NCBI GenBank assembly: GCA_025603075.1
Contig: MU626388.1
Span: 1-58,306, forward strand
Length of the DNA stretch: 58,306 nt
Source: Neoconidiobolus thromboides FSU 785
Lineage: Eukaryota; Fungi; Entomophthoromycota
Direction: 5' to 3'
In this document: one piece after another, positions 10,011-22,407 of the stretch
Layout: every line of letters starts with the position of its first letter
How positions within the stretch are numbered: position 1 is the first letter of the stretch
Program-made: the position numbers and the translations under genes
The notes under the pieces: model-generated
The model's database searches: none
The model's input: the letters and a program-made list of their open reading frames with translations, nothing else
Told to the model about the DNA's origin: nothing

Positions 10011-12140
10011 TTATTTGTTCTTTTTCAAAAAGCTAAAGATACCTACTTTTTTCTCTTCAGGTTTAGATGGTGGTGCAAGAGATTTACCTTGGAATCCGCC
10101 ATGCTGGAAGCCACCATGTTGAGAGCCACCTTGTTGAAAGCCGCCTTGTTGAAAGCCACCATGTTGAAAGCCACCTTGTTGAAAGCCACCTTGTTGAAAG
10201 CCACCTTGTTGAAAGCCACCTTGTTGCATACTAAATCCGCCTTGTTGACTTTGTTGGAAGCCGCCATGTTGTATACCAAATCCACCTTGAGATCCGCCTT
10301 GCATACCCCCTTGGCTACCGCCTGTAAACTGAGCAGCATTTTCGGGTGTAATTTCTGTCATTCCAGCTTGTCCTTGTGAACTGCCACTGGCTCCTGCTTG
10401 GCTTCCAAATTGACCACCAAAGGTTCCTCCTTGCATACTTCCTTGTGATCCACTGAATTGGCCACCTTGGATACCACCAGCTTGGCCACTAAAGGATCCT
10501 CCAAAAGACCCACCTTGATGACCGCCAAATTGGATCCCCTGAGATCCTCCTTGTTGGCCACCTTGCATACCGCCAAAGGTTCCTCCTTGCATACCACCAA
10601 AGGTTCCTCCTTGCATACCACCAAAGGTTCCTCCTTGCATACCTCCTTGGGATCCGCCAAATTGTCCTCCGAATTGACCGCCTTGAGAACCCCCTTTATT
10701 ACCACCTGTAAATTGTGCTTGATTCTCTGGTGTCACTTCTATATCACCGGATGATCCTTGAGATCCTCCAAATTGTGCTCCAAAAGATCCCCCTTGCATA
10801 CTTCCTTGTTGTCCTCCGAATTGTCCTCCGAAAGGCCCTCCTTGTTGACCATCAAAAGATCCCCCTTGCATATCACCAAATTGTCCTCCCTGTTGTCCTC
10901 CAAACTGACCGCCGAATTGACCACCTTGCGAACCTCCTTGTTGTCCTCCAAATTGTCCTCCTTGTTGACCATCAAAAGATCCACCTTGCATATCACCAAA
11001 TTGGCCTCCAAATAATCCTCCTTGTTGTCCTCCGAATTGCCCTCCTTGTTGTCCTCCAAATGATCCTCCCTGTTGTCCTCCAAACTGACCACCGAATTGA
11101 CCACCTTGTGAACCACCTTGTTGACCATCATTTGACCAAACTGGAGAGTCAACATCACATTCAGGATCAAAATTAGAACCAGTAACAGCACCAATATCTC
11201 TTTGGCTATCTGAGTTACTATTGCTGCTACTTTCATTAGGAGTTAAAGATAAATCGGGTAAATCATCAATTGAATTAACTGGTTGTGGGCTAATTTGCAA
11301 ATCCTTATCTAATGGATTTTTAATTCGAACTTCATATTGGCCATTTTTTCTTTCACATTCAATATTATTATCTCCTGAACAAATTTTCAAAGGTCCATTG
11401 GCACCTGGAACAATGACACATTTTCTTCCATTTTTATTAATGATAATATTTTTATTAATATTAACATTAAAAACAATCGGACGTCCATTAAAATCTACAT
11501 TACAAATTTGTGGCGGACAAGTAATTACACCACACGATGGTCCAACACAAGGTACTGGACATAATGGCCCTGGGCAAGGTACTGGGCAATTGGGCCCTGG
11601 ACAACGAATTGGACATCTTGGTCCTGGGCATATTTTTGGACATAATGGACCTGGACAAACATAAGGACATCTTGGTCCTGGACAATTTGGATTAGGACAT
11701 AACGGACCTGGACATGGTGGTGGTGGACAACCAGGTTCATTTCCAGTCAAACATTTTATGGGACAATTAGGACCTGGACATGGTATACATTGTCCAACGG
11801 TTCCTCCAATACAACAACCGTCATTATCTTTACCATAACAACAATTTTCTTTACCAAGATCTTTACATTTGGCAAAATGTTTTTTGTAAAATAGATAGCC
11901 TAAATACCAAATAATGGGACCTCGTGAATTATCTTGTTTTAGTTCAACACCAGTATCAAAATCAGCAAAATCTACACCTGGAATGGGTTCTTCTGTTAAG
12001 GTTGTATTTCCTTTTGGAGCGTTGTCTATTGATTTTGATTCATAATCTTTCTTTTCCTCACTTTGTTCGTTTTTATTTAATACGGATGCATTTAATACGC
12101 TCCATGATAACGAAATTAAAGTTATTGTATTTAATTTCAT
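10011..12140 (-). CDS. Secreted Cys/Pro-repeat (CPGPxCPxx)n protein with long Gly/Gln/Phe-rich C-terminal region, 709 aa
   Basis: Intact ORF, signal peptide, CCYGxDxxGCC motif, about 7 tandem 9-mers, FNVNINKNIIIN strand, then GGQ/GGFQQ repeats; paralogs at 33681 and 37717. Confidence 0.9.
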   Translation of the reverse strand: MKLNTITLISLSWSVLNASVLNKNEQSEEKKDYESKSIDNAPKGNTTLTEEPIPGVDFADFDTGVELKQDNSRGPIIWYLGYLFYKKHFAKCKDLGKENCCYGKDNDGCCIGGTVGQCIPCPGPNCPIKCLTGNEPGCPPPPCPGPLCPNPNCPGPRCPYVCPGPLCPKICPGPRCPIRCPGPNCPVPCPGPLCPVPCVGPSCGVITCPPQICNVDFNGRPIVFNVNINKNIIINKNGRKCVIVPGANGPLKICSGDNNIECERKNGQYEVRIKNPLDKDLQISPQPVNSIDDLPDLSLTPNESSSNSNSDSQRDIGAVTGSNFDPECDVDSPVWSNDGQQGGSQGGQFGGQFGGQQGGSFGGQQGGQFGGQQGGLFGGQFGDMQGGSFDGQQGGQFGGQQGGSQGGQFGGQFGGQQGGQFGDMQGGSFDGQQGGPFGGQFGGQQGSMQGGSFGAQFGGSQGSSGDIEVTPENQAQFTGGNKGGSQGGQFGGQFGGSQGGMQGGTFGGMQGGTFGGMQGGTFGGMQGGQQGGSQGIQFGGHQGGSFGGSFSGQAGGIQGGQFSGSQGSMQGGTFGGQFGSQAGASGSSQGQAGMTEITPENAAQFTGGSQGGMQGGSQGGFGIQHGGFQQSQQGGFSMQQGGFQQGGFQQGGFQQGGFQHGGFQQGGFQQGGSQHGGFQHGGFQGKSLAPPSKPEEKKVGIFSFLKKNK

Positions 12141-13003
12141 TATGTATATGTTAGTATAATTATATTTTTAATATAGACCGGCTACTAAAGTTTTATTAAA
12201 GATTAAAAAAAGCAAAGAGAAAGTGGCAAGTATTTTATTTTTATAATAATTAAAGTGTCATATTTGTTATAGTTGATTGTTTTTACTAGTTTTTCAAGTA
12301 TTTTGGAATATCTTTCTCTTTTTGCTGTTATCTTCTTGTCCATCATTTTTGGTTGCTTTTATTACTTTTTACCTTTTTTATTAATATTTATTTTTTTGAA
12401 TTTAAATTTTCATTAGGCGTTTTATATATTGTAAGATACATTGTACATTATATTTTATAGAAAATAATGTAAAAAATATGTAAAAAATATACACAATGGT
12501 TATTATCTTATTTATTTATTAAATAATTATTACAATTTATTAACCTTGTAATTATTATTGTTTACTTAATTTCACCTAATGACGATCATGGACTCAATTT
12601 TTTATTTAATTAAAATTAACTTAAATTGGCCCCTTAAAATTTTAACTTTCAAATTAACAAAATATGAAACTTTTAAGTTATCTACATAATATCCAAAGCT
12701 ATTATTATTTGTACTAAAATATAACATTAACAACTAATCTACATGTAATAAAAAAATCTGATTTTTATTTTGGAAAATAAAGAATTTAAGATAAGCTAAG
12801 TATCCGCTAGCCAACGTGCTATTAAAATTGTTAAATAAAAGGCCGTTACAATAAAGCAATAGTTATAAAAAATTCATTTTTTTATTAATACCAAAATAGG
12901 ATGAAAGAGAGAAGGGAAAAGGGAGAGAAATAATACAAATTCTAATAGTTGAAATCCAGTACTGAAACAAGCTCTTTTAGTCTATTTAAGAGTATAATAA
13001 AGC

Positions 13004-13543
13004 CTAGTATTTAATAGACTTAAGAAGCGCTGATGAAGGATGATGGGTACCAGCTTTAGTTAGTAACGCTGATTTAACTTTAGAACCGATCATAAACCTT
13101 GATAATACTCTCTTAGCAACAGCAGCAAAATAAGCTTGCTTACCAAATAAAGTACCAATAGTAACCAACATCAAACACCAAGAAGGTGGTGATAAAGTTA
13201 AATGAGCAGCACGATATGTCCATGGGCCATCTTTAAAATTACCTTGAATACCCACAAAATTTAAACTTGGTTGTACTAATTTTAAACTTAAGGAGCCGGT
13301 AATTGAGAATACAGTACCTACTATCAAGACATCTTTCCACCATAGCATGGTGTATTTGGGTTGAGTTGTAAAATGAGGTTTACCTGGGTTAGCACGGGCA
13401 CCAATAGTGACTTTATTTAATAATGTCTTTGGCTGAGGATTACTTAATTTGTTCAAGTAATGATGATTACTAAAGATAGATTCTTTAATATGATTCAATT
13501 TCATATTTTTTAAAGTTTGAGGTAAAGCGTGGATATGTATCAT
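13004..13543 (-). CDS. Small membrane protein, DUF6787-like (tentative)
   Basis: Basic N-terminal extension then VFSITGSLSLKLVQP...GPW.YR...PP.W.LMLVTIGTLFGKQAYF..V.KR.LSRF, recalled as resembling a bacterial uncharacterised membrane family. Confidence 0.55.
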   Translation of the reverse strand: MIHIHALPQTLKNMKLNHIKESIFSNHHYLNKLSNPQPKTLLNKVTIGARANPGKPHFTTQPKYTMLWWKDVLIVGTVFSITGSLSLKLVQPSLNFVGIQGNFKDGPWTYRAAHLTLSPPSWCLMLVTIGTLFGKQAYFAAVAKRVLSRFMIGSKVKSALLTKAGTHHPSSALLKSIKY

Positions 13544-15355
13544 TTTTTTATATAGTTTATAAGTTGAAAAGTTTGATTTTATTTTATATAAGGTGACTTT
13601 TTGTTGTTTATTTATACTTTATTTTCTCTTATTTTTTCCACCCTCTTTATTATACTATTTTTTATCTTTGTATTCTCTATACACCCTTAATCTTAGTTAT
13701 TTGACAATTAATCCTCGTTTCAGCTGATTGTAAGTTTAAGCTAATAGTTGTTGACTTAGCCAACAATGACATAATTGTATTTTTGATTAACTTAATTTAG
13801 TTAAAGTTTATTAATTTAATATTAATTTATAATAAAAAAGTAATAAAAATGCAATATCAAATATTAAAACTAACTTCAAATAGAAGATAAGCAATAATGA
13901 TAATAAATACTAATATTATCCGAATCTTTTTTACATAGTTTTATTTTTCTTTTATATTCATTTAATAGTAGTACTATAATAAGAAAGGTGAATACTTAAT
14001 TGGTTATTCCTCTTACTCCACTTTTAATGTTTTATTAACATAATTATTAACATCCACCCTTAATCTGGAATTATCCTTAATCGCTGCAAATTTTTTAAAA
14101 TGATAATTTTTTGAATCTTTGATTAAACACTACAAATTATATTATTATTCCTGCCCTCTCTAAAGTTTAAGGTTGTAAATAATACTTTTGATTTTTATTA
14201 AAGTAGTATAGTAAGTTTCTGACAACTGTTAGTTTAAATAAGGAATTTCTAACTAATCTATATTCGGATCAGCCATCATTTTTAATTATCAAACAATATT
14301 TGATAAAATTGTTATTTGTTTTAATAGTTTTATTTATAGTAAAATTAGCTATTTAGTATTTAAGCTTGTTGGCTGTTACTTTATTTACTTTATTGTAAGC
14401 ATTTAATATAACTTATCTATTACGATTATATAATTTTAATTTTAAAAAAGTTGCTATTATCGAACAAAGACGCATTTTTAAAAATAATGACAATAATTTT
14501 TAATACACCATTCTAATTTAATAAAATACTTGCCCATTTTTGGTGTAAGAAATTACAACCAAAGCAACACGAATGTTTCTCTTACTTTTATATTTAACTA
14601 CTACTTTTTAACTTATAATGCATAAAAAATGGACAAAATATCAAAAAAGGGCATTTCTTGTTATAATCTAATAAAATCCAGGTTACAATTATTTAAGCTT
14701 ATCGAATTTTGAGAAGCAACTGATTCTGACCATTCGATGAATGTAAATATTTCCATGTCTGATTTAAACATAAGGTTATTACTCATCAGAGCATGAAGGA
14801 TTCCTTTATTAGATTTGATTGAAGACAATATATTGTCTACTAGTTAAATTTACTACGAAATTTAGCATGGGAACTTGAGGATTAAGCCTTAGAGCCCAGG
14901 GGTTGATGGTAGTAATTATATCAAATGTGCCAAGCAACCCCAAAATAGCTGTTTTGAATGAAAATATAAACCATTTTTTTTTACTTTTTAAAAATTATAG
15001 AATCAGGATAGTAGCTTTAATACTAATATTTGAATAAACACTATTATTATTTTATTATCTTGTTGTCTTATTTTATTATTTTTAAGTAGAAGTTAAAACT
15101 GAAATCATATCATAATATGATATATCATAGTTAATATCAATAAGTTATAAAATTACAATATTGGGATGACGTTTTTTTGTTTTAACAAATTTTAATTTTA
15201 TAGTAAATAAAAAATGATCAACTGAACAAAAAACATTCATAACTAAGTTAGTTTTTCAAACCATTTTATTACGATTAATACAATACAAAATTTAAGAAAA
15301 TGAAGTTGATAGTGATGAACTTAATGAAAACGTCTAATTTTAGGTAACTAAAAGT

Positions 15356-16293
15356 ATGAGAACAATCAGGTGATAGATAATATTCATTTTTTATAGCACT
15401 TTAGTTCCAGCTCTGTCTCAGATTAAAATTTACACCAAAACTGGTGATAAAGGTGATGATTAATAATAGTTAAACGATTATGTAGTTAAATAAAAAATCA
15501 AGGTAAAAGTTCCTTATTTAATGGAGAGAGAAGAGAAAAAGACGATATAGTGTTTGAAGCATTAGGAACAACGGATGAATTAAGTTCGATATTAGGGTAA
15601 ATCTTCAGTTCACTGTTTCATTTAGATTTAAATTTATTTTATATTTAGTTTAGCGAGAGAGTATTGTCAAGAGGAAAATAATGGATTGAATGAACCTTTA
15701 AAAAAAGTAGTATTTATTAGCAATATTTATATAATATTTTAATAGTTAGATTCAAAGTACTTTATTAGACATTGGTGCTCACATAGCTACACCAAGGAAT
15801 AATACAATTCATGAAAAAAGAATAGGTAAATTTAGCCTTAGCTCATATAATGATTAATGAGAATTTTTTTTAGAATTGACAAAATTTGATCAAGAAAATA
15901 ATTTAGTAAAAGAAATGGAACAGCATATTGATCAATTATCTGCTGATTTACCTCCATTAAAGAACTTCATCTTACCTGTAAATAGGATTACATGAAAAGT
16001 TATTAATATTATTAACAGTTATTAATATTTAGTCTGGAGGTAAAGCCAGTTCAACATTGCATATAGCTAGGTCATTAACACGCCGAGCTGAGCGCAGAGT
16101 GATACCACTAATAAAAGAAGGACAAGTGGATAACAATATAGGGATTTATTTGAACAGGTAAAATTTAAAATTTAGAACTTAAAATTAGTTTTATTTAATT
16201 TTAATTAGACTAAGTGACTATTTTTTTGTAATGGCACGATACAGTGCTCATTTAGGAAAATATCAAGAGTTGATTTACACTAAGAGGGGATAA
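15356..16293 (+). CDS. MMAB: ATP:cob(I)alamin adenosyltransferase (PduO/MMAB type), 8 exons
   Basis: Hand-spliced: [39 protein letters not shown]...[15 protein letters not shown]...[13 protein letters not shown]...HIARS..RRAER...[15 protein letters not shown]; 7 GT-AG introns; missed by ORF track. Confidence 0.93.
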
Positions 16294-17832
16294 CTTGAAT
16301 CGAATCTTTGGTATTAAATAAAGTGGAGGTATCCATATTCCATTTCATTTGATATAACTTTTTTATGACGTCGTTTAACTTATGCTCGTTTTTTATACTG
16401 TTGTAGTCATCTATACTATTTATATTTCCCTTATTGTTGTTATAACTATTATTATTTAACTCTAAATAATAATAGTAATAAATTAAATAATAGGCTTTAA
16501 ATTTAGTTTCATTATCGATATTAGTTGCCAAAAATAAGTAAAATTGCTTATCATTCTTAGTAATAAAAAAATGATTTTGATTTAAATACTTAATCATTGT
16601 TTCAGCGGGTAATTCAAATTTAATATTACTTAAAGAAGGATTAACATCAACAAAGTTACCATAAATCTTGGATTTATATTTCAAAAAGTAACTTTCTTTA
16701 TCTGCAATCTGACTAGGTGATAACAACTTGTGTTCTTTAAAATAATTATCTAACAATAAATCAATTCTTTCTAAATTAAAATTTTTAGTAATAACACATT
16801 GATTCGCTTTGTGAATGGAATATAAACTTAAATAAGAAAAGGGCAAAAACCCCAATACTAAGTTAGGTAACTCATTTCCTATAAGTGGTGTGATCACTAC
16901 CCCCAACATCGTACCTAAAACTGCAGCTAAAGTACTTTGACTACCACTTTTGGCCGTTATGTCTCCTAAGCTAAACTTTTATTTAGTACTTGTTAATTAA
17001 TCTTCCTTTAAGTTTAACACTTACTTATCTTTCAATGCAAAGCTTGAGTTCATTTGAGCTCTATAAAAGTAAATATTAGCTAAAACAGAGCACAATAGAC
17101 TGCAACTTTACCTAGTAGCTGATGCGGCCAACCAAGAAATGTTTTTACCTAATTCAAAACTATTACAAAACTAAAAAAATAAAAAATAAAAAAAGTACCA
17201 ATATTAGAAACGGAAGCCAAAGGTAAGAATAAATGAGGAACACAAGGAGAAAACAGTTCTAAAAGAGAAGCTAATTGCATAGAAATTGCGGACCACATAC
17301 GATGCCTTTTTGGGTTTGAGTCAAACTTGTTATTCATTAAACTTACATAGATAACCCCACCTAGTTGGCCTAAACCATCTTTTATGATCCAGTTTAAGGC
17401 TGCTGCCATCTATTTTTAGGCTCTTTTAGTTTGTTGGTTGGTAGTTTTATATTTTTCTTACCGGTATACTACCAGCACCTAAACCCATAGCATATAATAA
17501 ACTTTGGGTTGATAGAACTAAATATGAGTTCAAGAATCAAATTATACCTTATTCAAATTGATTTTCTTACCACCTGTCACTGTACTTGTAACATTATGTA
17601 AAATTTGCCATTGGGAATACTTCAAATACCCAATGTCCACAGTGGTTGGATATCCCTTTGGTAAAAATAAATCAATCATTCTAGCTTTGAAGTTTTGTTT
17701 CATAGTCAACAGACTTTTTCCAGCATTATTTGAGGTCTTACTTGGTAAGAGTTTTAATTTCCTATTGTATATGTTTTTATTTTGCTGTATCTTATAATGA
17801 AATCTTCTTATATTTGGGTTATTAGCTAACAT
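16280..17832 (-). CDS. RUS1/DUF647 (root-UVB-sensitive, RUSF1-like) family protein, multi-exon
   Basis: LFLPKGYP..V..GYLKYSQW, AAALNWIIKDGLGQLGG, FDSNPKRHR, LGDITAKSGSQSTLA motifs across exons. Confidence 0.88.
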
Positions 17833-18135
17833 TTTGTAAAAATAAAGGTATTCGGCTAATTTGTAATTTTTTTTAGTAAGCAGTCATTGCTATTTAATTG
17901 GTTGAAGTTAGCATCTGCTCACAAATCACAGTTGCTATGGTTCAAGGCTTTATCCCAACACAATTTTTTAAAAATTGCTATTAATGAAAGTGTTTTGAAG
18001 ATAAGAAAGTTTTAGCTTTTAATTTTTCATTAAAAAGGCTATTAACTATTAAAGAATTTAACATTTTATTACAAAGTAAACATTTGAATCATATATACCG
18101 TATATACTTTAATTCTCTAGTATAATTTATTATAT

Positions 18136-18232
18136 GAGAGTATTTTCTTGACTTCATTACTTTTTCTATCTTAAGCACTATTTCAGCGGGAAAATTACTA
18201 GCAAAATTCTTAAACACAAAAACACATCCCCC
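18136..18232 (-). mobile_element. MITE copy
   Basis: ATAT TSD, family core sequence. Confidence 0.85.
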
Positions 18233-18577
18233 ATATTGAATTAATTTGTCATTAAAAAATACTATAAAAACATCACTTAGTTTAAAAGGCTCCAGTTCAT
18301 CGCCAGTTGATTAGAATTTCCTGATTTATATTCCTTTTTATGTAATAGTATAAGGAATTTATTATATCAAGGCGCTATCTGTAATGTTAATACTTTAAAA
18401 GCCATTAAAGTTACTTCAATTCTGTGACTGCTTTGTTTATTATATAAACTTTGTTCTAATAAAATATTTACAATTGTGAAGTAAATTTCTATAGAATAAC
18501 TTTAAAGTCGATAATAATTCTTACTAAAGTGAACGAAAATTTCTTTAAGTTTAATATAACAGCTTAGAAAAATATAC

Positions 18578-18667
18578 AGGGATGTATTTTTTAAGAATTT
18601 TACTACAATCTTTCCACTCAAATAGCGCTTAAAAAATGGAAAAATAACAAAACCAAAAAAAAGTCTC
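18578..18667 (+). mobile_element. MITE copy
   Basis: Perfect ATAC TSD. Confidence 0.85.
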
Positions 18668-18970
18668 ATACAGTATTGTATCATATTAGATTTTATAGTA
18701 TAAAAATAAGATAAAAAAAATGAAATGAGATAAACGATGTAGCTTTACTTTATTCATCAAATTTTCAAAATAACACAAATGAGCAGGAAACAATAGATTA
18801 ATACTTGGTATGAGAGCACACTTCTCTATTTCAGTATTAATTAATAGTATTTAAGTTTTTATTGTATAAAAAATGAGATGAGATATTACCCTATCATAGA
18901 AATATTCTAACAAATTTACTCGGAAGGATAGTTAAGGGTATTAAAATGAAGAAAGCAATTTATAATCTAT

Positions 18971-19068
18971 GGGGATGTGTTTTTGTATTTAAGAATTTTA
19001 CTAGCAATTTTCCGCTTAAATAGCGCTTAAAAAATGAAAAAAATAATGAAATCAAAAAAAACAGTCCC
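18971..19068 (+). mobile_element. MITE copy
   Basis: Full family sequence; flanks CTAT/ATTT do not match. Confidence 0.85.
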
Positions 19069-19897
19069 ATTTAATAAAAATTAAAATGCTTTTATAAATA
19101 TTTTTTAATAATTAGCTGTGAAGCAAAATAGTTAACTGCAAGAAATTTAAATATCTTTATTTTATTTTTATTTTTACTTACAGTGAAGAGTAAATTGCTT
19201 TGTCATCTAAATCTTCTTTTTTTAAATATTGAGCAAAAAACACAGATACATGAAAGCAAGAATCAAAGGATTGAAAAACATTTAAAGAAACTCAAATAAA
19301 ATAATTATAAATTATGAAAAGTATTATCAAATGTCTATCTAAAAGTTTAATCTGAGAAGATTGAGTCCCAAACTAAAGGAATTGTACTTTTTCAATATAC
19401 TTTGTAATAATATGTTTAAGAGTAAATTTCCAATATAATTTTTCTCTAAAATCTTAGAATTAAAACTATCGTTTAGCTATAAAATAAATAATAATACATG
19501 CTTAACGGGAAATTGCATTATAAAATTTAAAGCAAAAACACTCTCTTTAAATATCAAAACTGACAAAAGTAATATTTTTGAAGTTATCTGAACCTTTTTT
19601 GATAATAATAGTCATTGGGTTATTTAAAGTTTAATACTGAGCTATAGCTATAAATCATATTTAAAATTAAATCAAAACTATCTAAAAACTCTGTGCTTAA
19701 TATTCAAGTTATGATATGTATTAAACACCTTGTTTTTTAATACAGGAAATCAGATATATAGTAAATTAAACAATTCATGTCGATAAATAAAACACCAACT
19801 CCTATGTTAATCATATGATACTAAGTTTTAAAATTTTGACTTTTTATTCAAGGTTTAACAAAAATGCTATTAAAATGAAAGCAACACAGGAACGTAT

Positions 19898-19986
19898 GGG
19901 GTGTTTTTTGGCTTCATTTTATCTATCTTTTAAGCGCTATTTGAGCGAAAAAATTGTAAAATTCTCAAACACAAAAATATATCCCC
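19898..19986 (-). mobile_element. MITE copy about 120 bp upstream of the kelch-like gene
   Basis: GGGGTG...ATCCCC, family core. Confidence 0.8.
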
Positions 19987-20104
19987 AAATCAAGAACATA
20001 ATACTATCTTCTCCAAAATTTGTACAAGGTCTAAGTGGGACACAAATCTAAATTATAGGTAAATTAGTATAAATAGAAAATATAGAAGCATTGCTTTATT
20101 CAAA

Positions 20105-21583
20105 ATGAATTTATTTTTATTAATTTTATTTTTACTAATAGATAAAATAAGCGCGCGATCTCCAAGAGTAAATGGTGGTGGATGTATACAAATAAAAGAT
20201 GAATTATATTACATAGGTGGGTCCATAACGCTTCCAAATATAAATATAGTACCAGAAATGAACAAGGAAATTTTGAAACTTGATTTTAAAAAAGGAGTAG
20301 CCTTATACAATAATGTGGTATCATGGGAAAGATATAATGCTACTAATGCACCTGAATTTTTTGTTGGCTCAATGCCCTTTTATACTGACAACTTTAATCA
20401 AAAAAATACAATTATTAATTTCTATAGTGGTAATTATGGCACAGCTATAAATGTTCATTATTTTGATATTGATAAATATGAGTGGTATGACAAATATTTA
20501 ATTAATGAGATTTCTTATGAACCAGAAATAAAAAGTATTAAGAATCACTATGCCGAATACTCAATCCTTCAAAGTGAAACTAATCCGAAACAATTTTATA
20601 TATCTGGATATTTTTACAATGTTGAATTAAAAAAAGATATGACTTATCAAATAAAACTATTTGATATCGAATCAAGAGAAATCCAATCAATTTATAAATC
20701 ACCAAAAGAAACAAAGTTTAAATTAATATTTGTACTAACTGACAAATTGTATTACTTTGAAGTAATAATAAAAGATGGTAAAGAGAATATTGTCTATAAC
20801 ACATTATATGAATTGAGTTTATCAACGTTTGAGATAATATCCCATAAGATTCCTTTCAGAAATTATGGTGAAATTCGATTTGTAAAAGTCAATCAGTTAA
20901 TGTATTTTATTGGATCTGATAAATATGATGATGAGTTAACTGATGTATTTAAAATAACTTCAGAGCCATTTACATTTAACAAAGTAAATGAAATAGTTAA
21001 AATAGGCACTTGGGGATGTTTTACTAACTATAAAAATTATATAATAAATTCCTTTGGTCTTAAATTTGTTGACTATCGTGGTGGCAAGCTTCCAGAAAGT
21101 TCAGATAAAACACAAATGATAGACACACAGACTTGGGAAAATGTTGAAAGTTTACCTCCACTATTAAAAGGAAACACCACCACAAGCAATGATTCAAATG
21201 ATTATGTTGGCAACAATAACCTTGGAGCTATCATAGGCGGTAGTATAGGAGGAATAGTTGGATTTCTACTTTTATTTGGCATATTTTTTATATTTTACAG
21301 AAGTAAATTAAAAAAAGAAAAGCCCCCGAGTATCATCACTGATCCCATTTTTATCAATCCAAACATTCATTTAGATAGTAACAACAATAATAACAACAGT
21401 GATATTTTCTCTCATTCTCATATAATCAATGAGAATAATACCGGATTGATTGAAAATTTGAATTTAAATCAAATAGGAAATATGGCTATGATTAATCAAG
21501 AGAGTCGCTCAGTTAATGAGACTATCCTCGGACATACTGGAGAGTCTAATGAAGACTATACAAGAGTACCACCAATTATGTAG
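20105..21583 (+). CDS. Type-I membrane protein with kelch/beta-propeller-like ectodomain
   Basis: Signal peptide, kelch-like GGGC..I.DELYYIGG and LMYFIGS blades, Ser/Thr/Asn stalk, GxxxG-rich TM LGAIIGGSIGGIVGFLLLFGIFFIFY, basic stop-transfer RSKLKK. Confidence 0.8.
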   Translation: MNLFLLILFLLIDKISARSPRVNGGGCIQIKDELYYIGGSITLPNINIVPEMNKEILKLDFKKGVALYNNVVSWERYNATNAPEFFVGSMPFYTDNFNQKNTIINFYSGNYGTAINVHYFDIDKYEWYDKYLINEISYEPEIKSIKNHYAEYSILQSETNPKQFYISGYFYNVELKKDMTYQIKLFDIESREIQSIYKSPKETKFKLIFVLTDKLYYFEVIIKDGKENIVYNTLYELSLSTFEIISHKIPFRNYGEIRFVKVNQLMYFIGSDKYDDELTDVFKITSEPFTFNKVNEIVKIGTWGCFTNYKNYIINSFGLKFVDYRGGKLPESSDKTQMIDTQTWENVESLPPLLKGNTTTSNDSNDYVGNNNLGAIIGGSIGGIVGFLLLFGIFFIFYRSKLKKEKPPSIITDPIFINPNIHLDSNNNNNNSDIFSHSHIINENNTGLIENLNLNQIGNMAMINQESRSVNETILGHTGESNEDYTRVPPIM

Positions 21584-22290
21584 TTGCCTGGTATTATAAC
21601 AATCATATTTGAAATCATATAAAGTAAACTGCAGACTATTTTGTTAATTTAAATAAATATTGGAACTATTTATTTATTTATTTTACATTAAGGCTTAAAG
21701 TTACAATTTATATCTGTAATAAACTAAATAACATTAAACAAATTTTTTGACAGTACTTTACTTTTTAATTATTATGTATAATGCTTTATTTAATTTCAAT
21801 TAAGTTACTATAAAGGAAATAACTATATTCGCTTAACCATCAGTATCGTTACAATAATTATAGCAGAGATGAATTATTTAAATAATAAATAATAGTAATA
21901 ATTGTAGACATGTACCACTTTTCAATAAACCATTGGTTTATTTAATGTTTAATATTAAATACGAATTCAAACTTATAAAATAAATTTTGATCAATAGTAT
22001 AAATTATAAATATTTCTAATCTTTTAATTATAGATACAGTGTTTTAAAATACATCTAAATATTATTTAAAATTAGGGCATATGAAAATATTTAGTACGCT
22101 ATTTCAAGTAATGTAACTTTGTAACAAATTAACGATATTTAAACTTTGTGATTATAAACTTAAAGAATAATGATCAGAAAGCTGTAATTAACATAAGGAC
22201 CTATTGAGAACACATTACTAACGTCTTTAGACTTAACAGGTGATTAAATCTTAAAGTACTCTAATCGTAGCTATATTGTAATATAAATAT

Positions 22291-22374
22291 GATAATTTTT
22301 TAACAGTTTTACTAACTTTTCTGTTCAAATAGTGCCCAAAAAATGGAAAAAGCGAAACCAAGAAAAACATCCCC
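22291..22374 (+). mobile_element. 5'-eroded MITE copy
   Basis: Family core and CATCCCC 3' end. Confidence 0.65.
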
Positions 22375-22407
22375 AAATACCAAATTGAAAATCTTTTTCT
22401 ACTTAAA

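Noticed and set aside
10043-12154. Many overlapping track ORFs on both strands within the 709-aa gene
   Set aside because: Shadow frames of the low-complexity Gly/Gln and CPGP repeats, with no independent coding signal.
14560-14990. Stop-interrupted reading frame upstream of MMAB
   Set aside because: No family motif and no second copy in the window.
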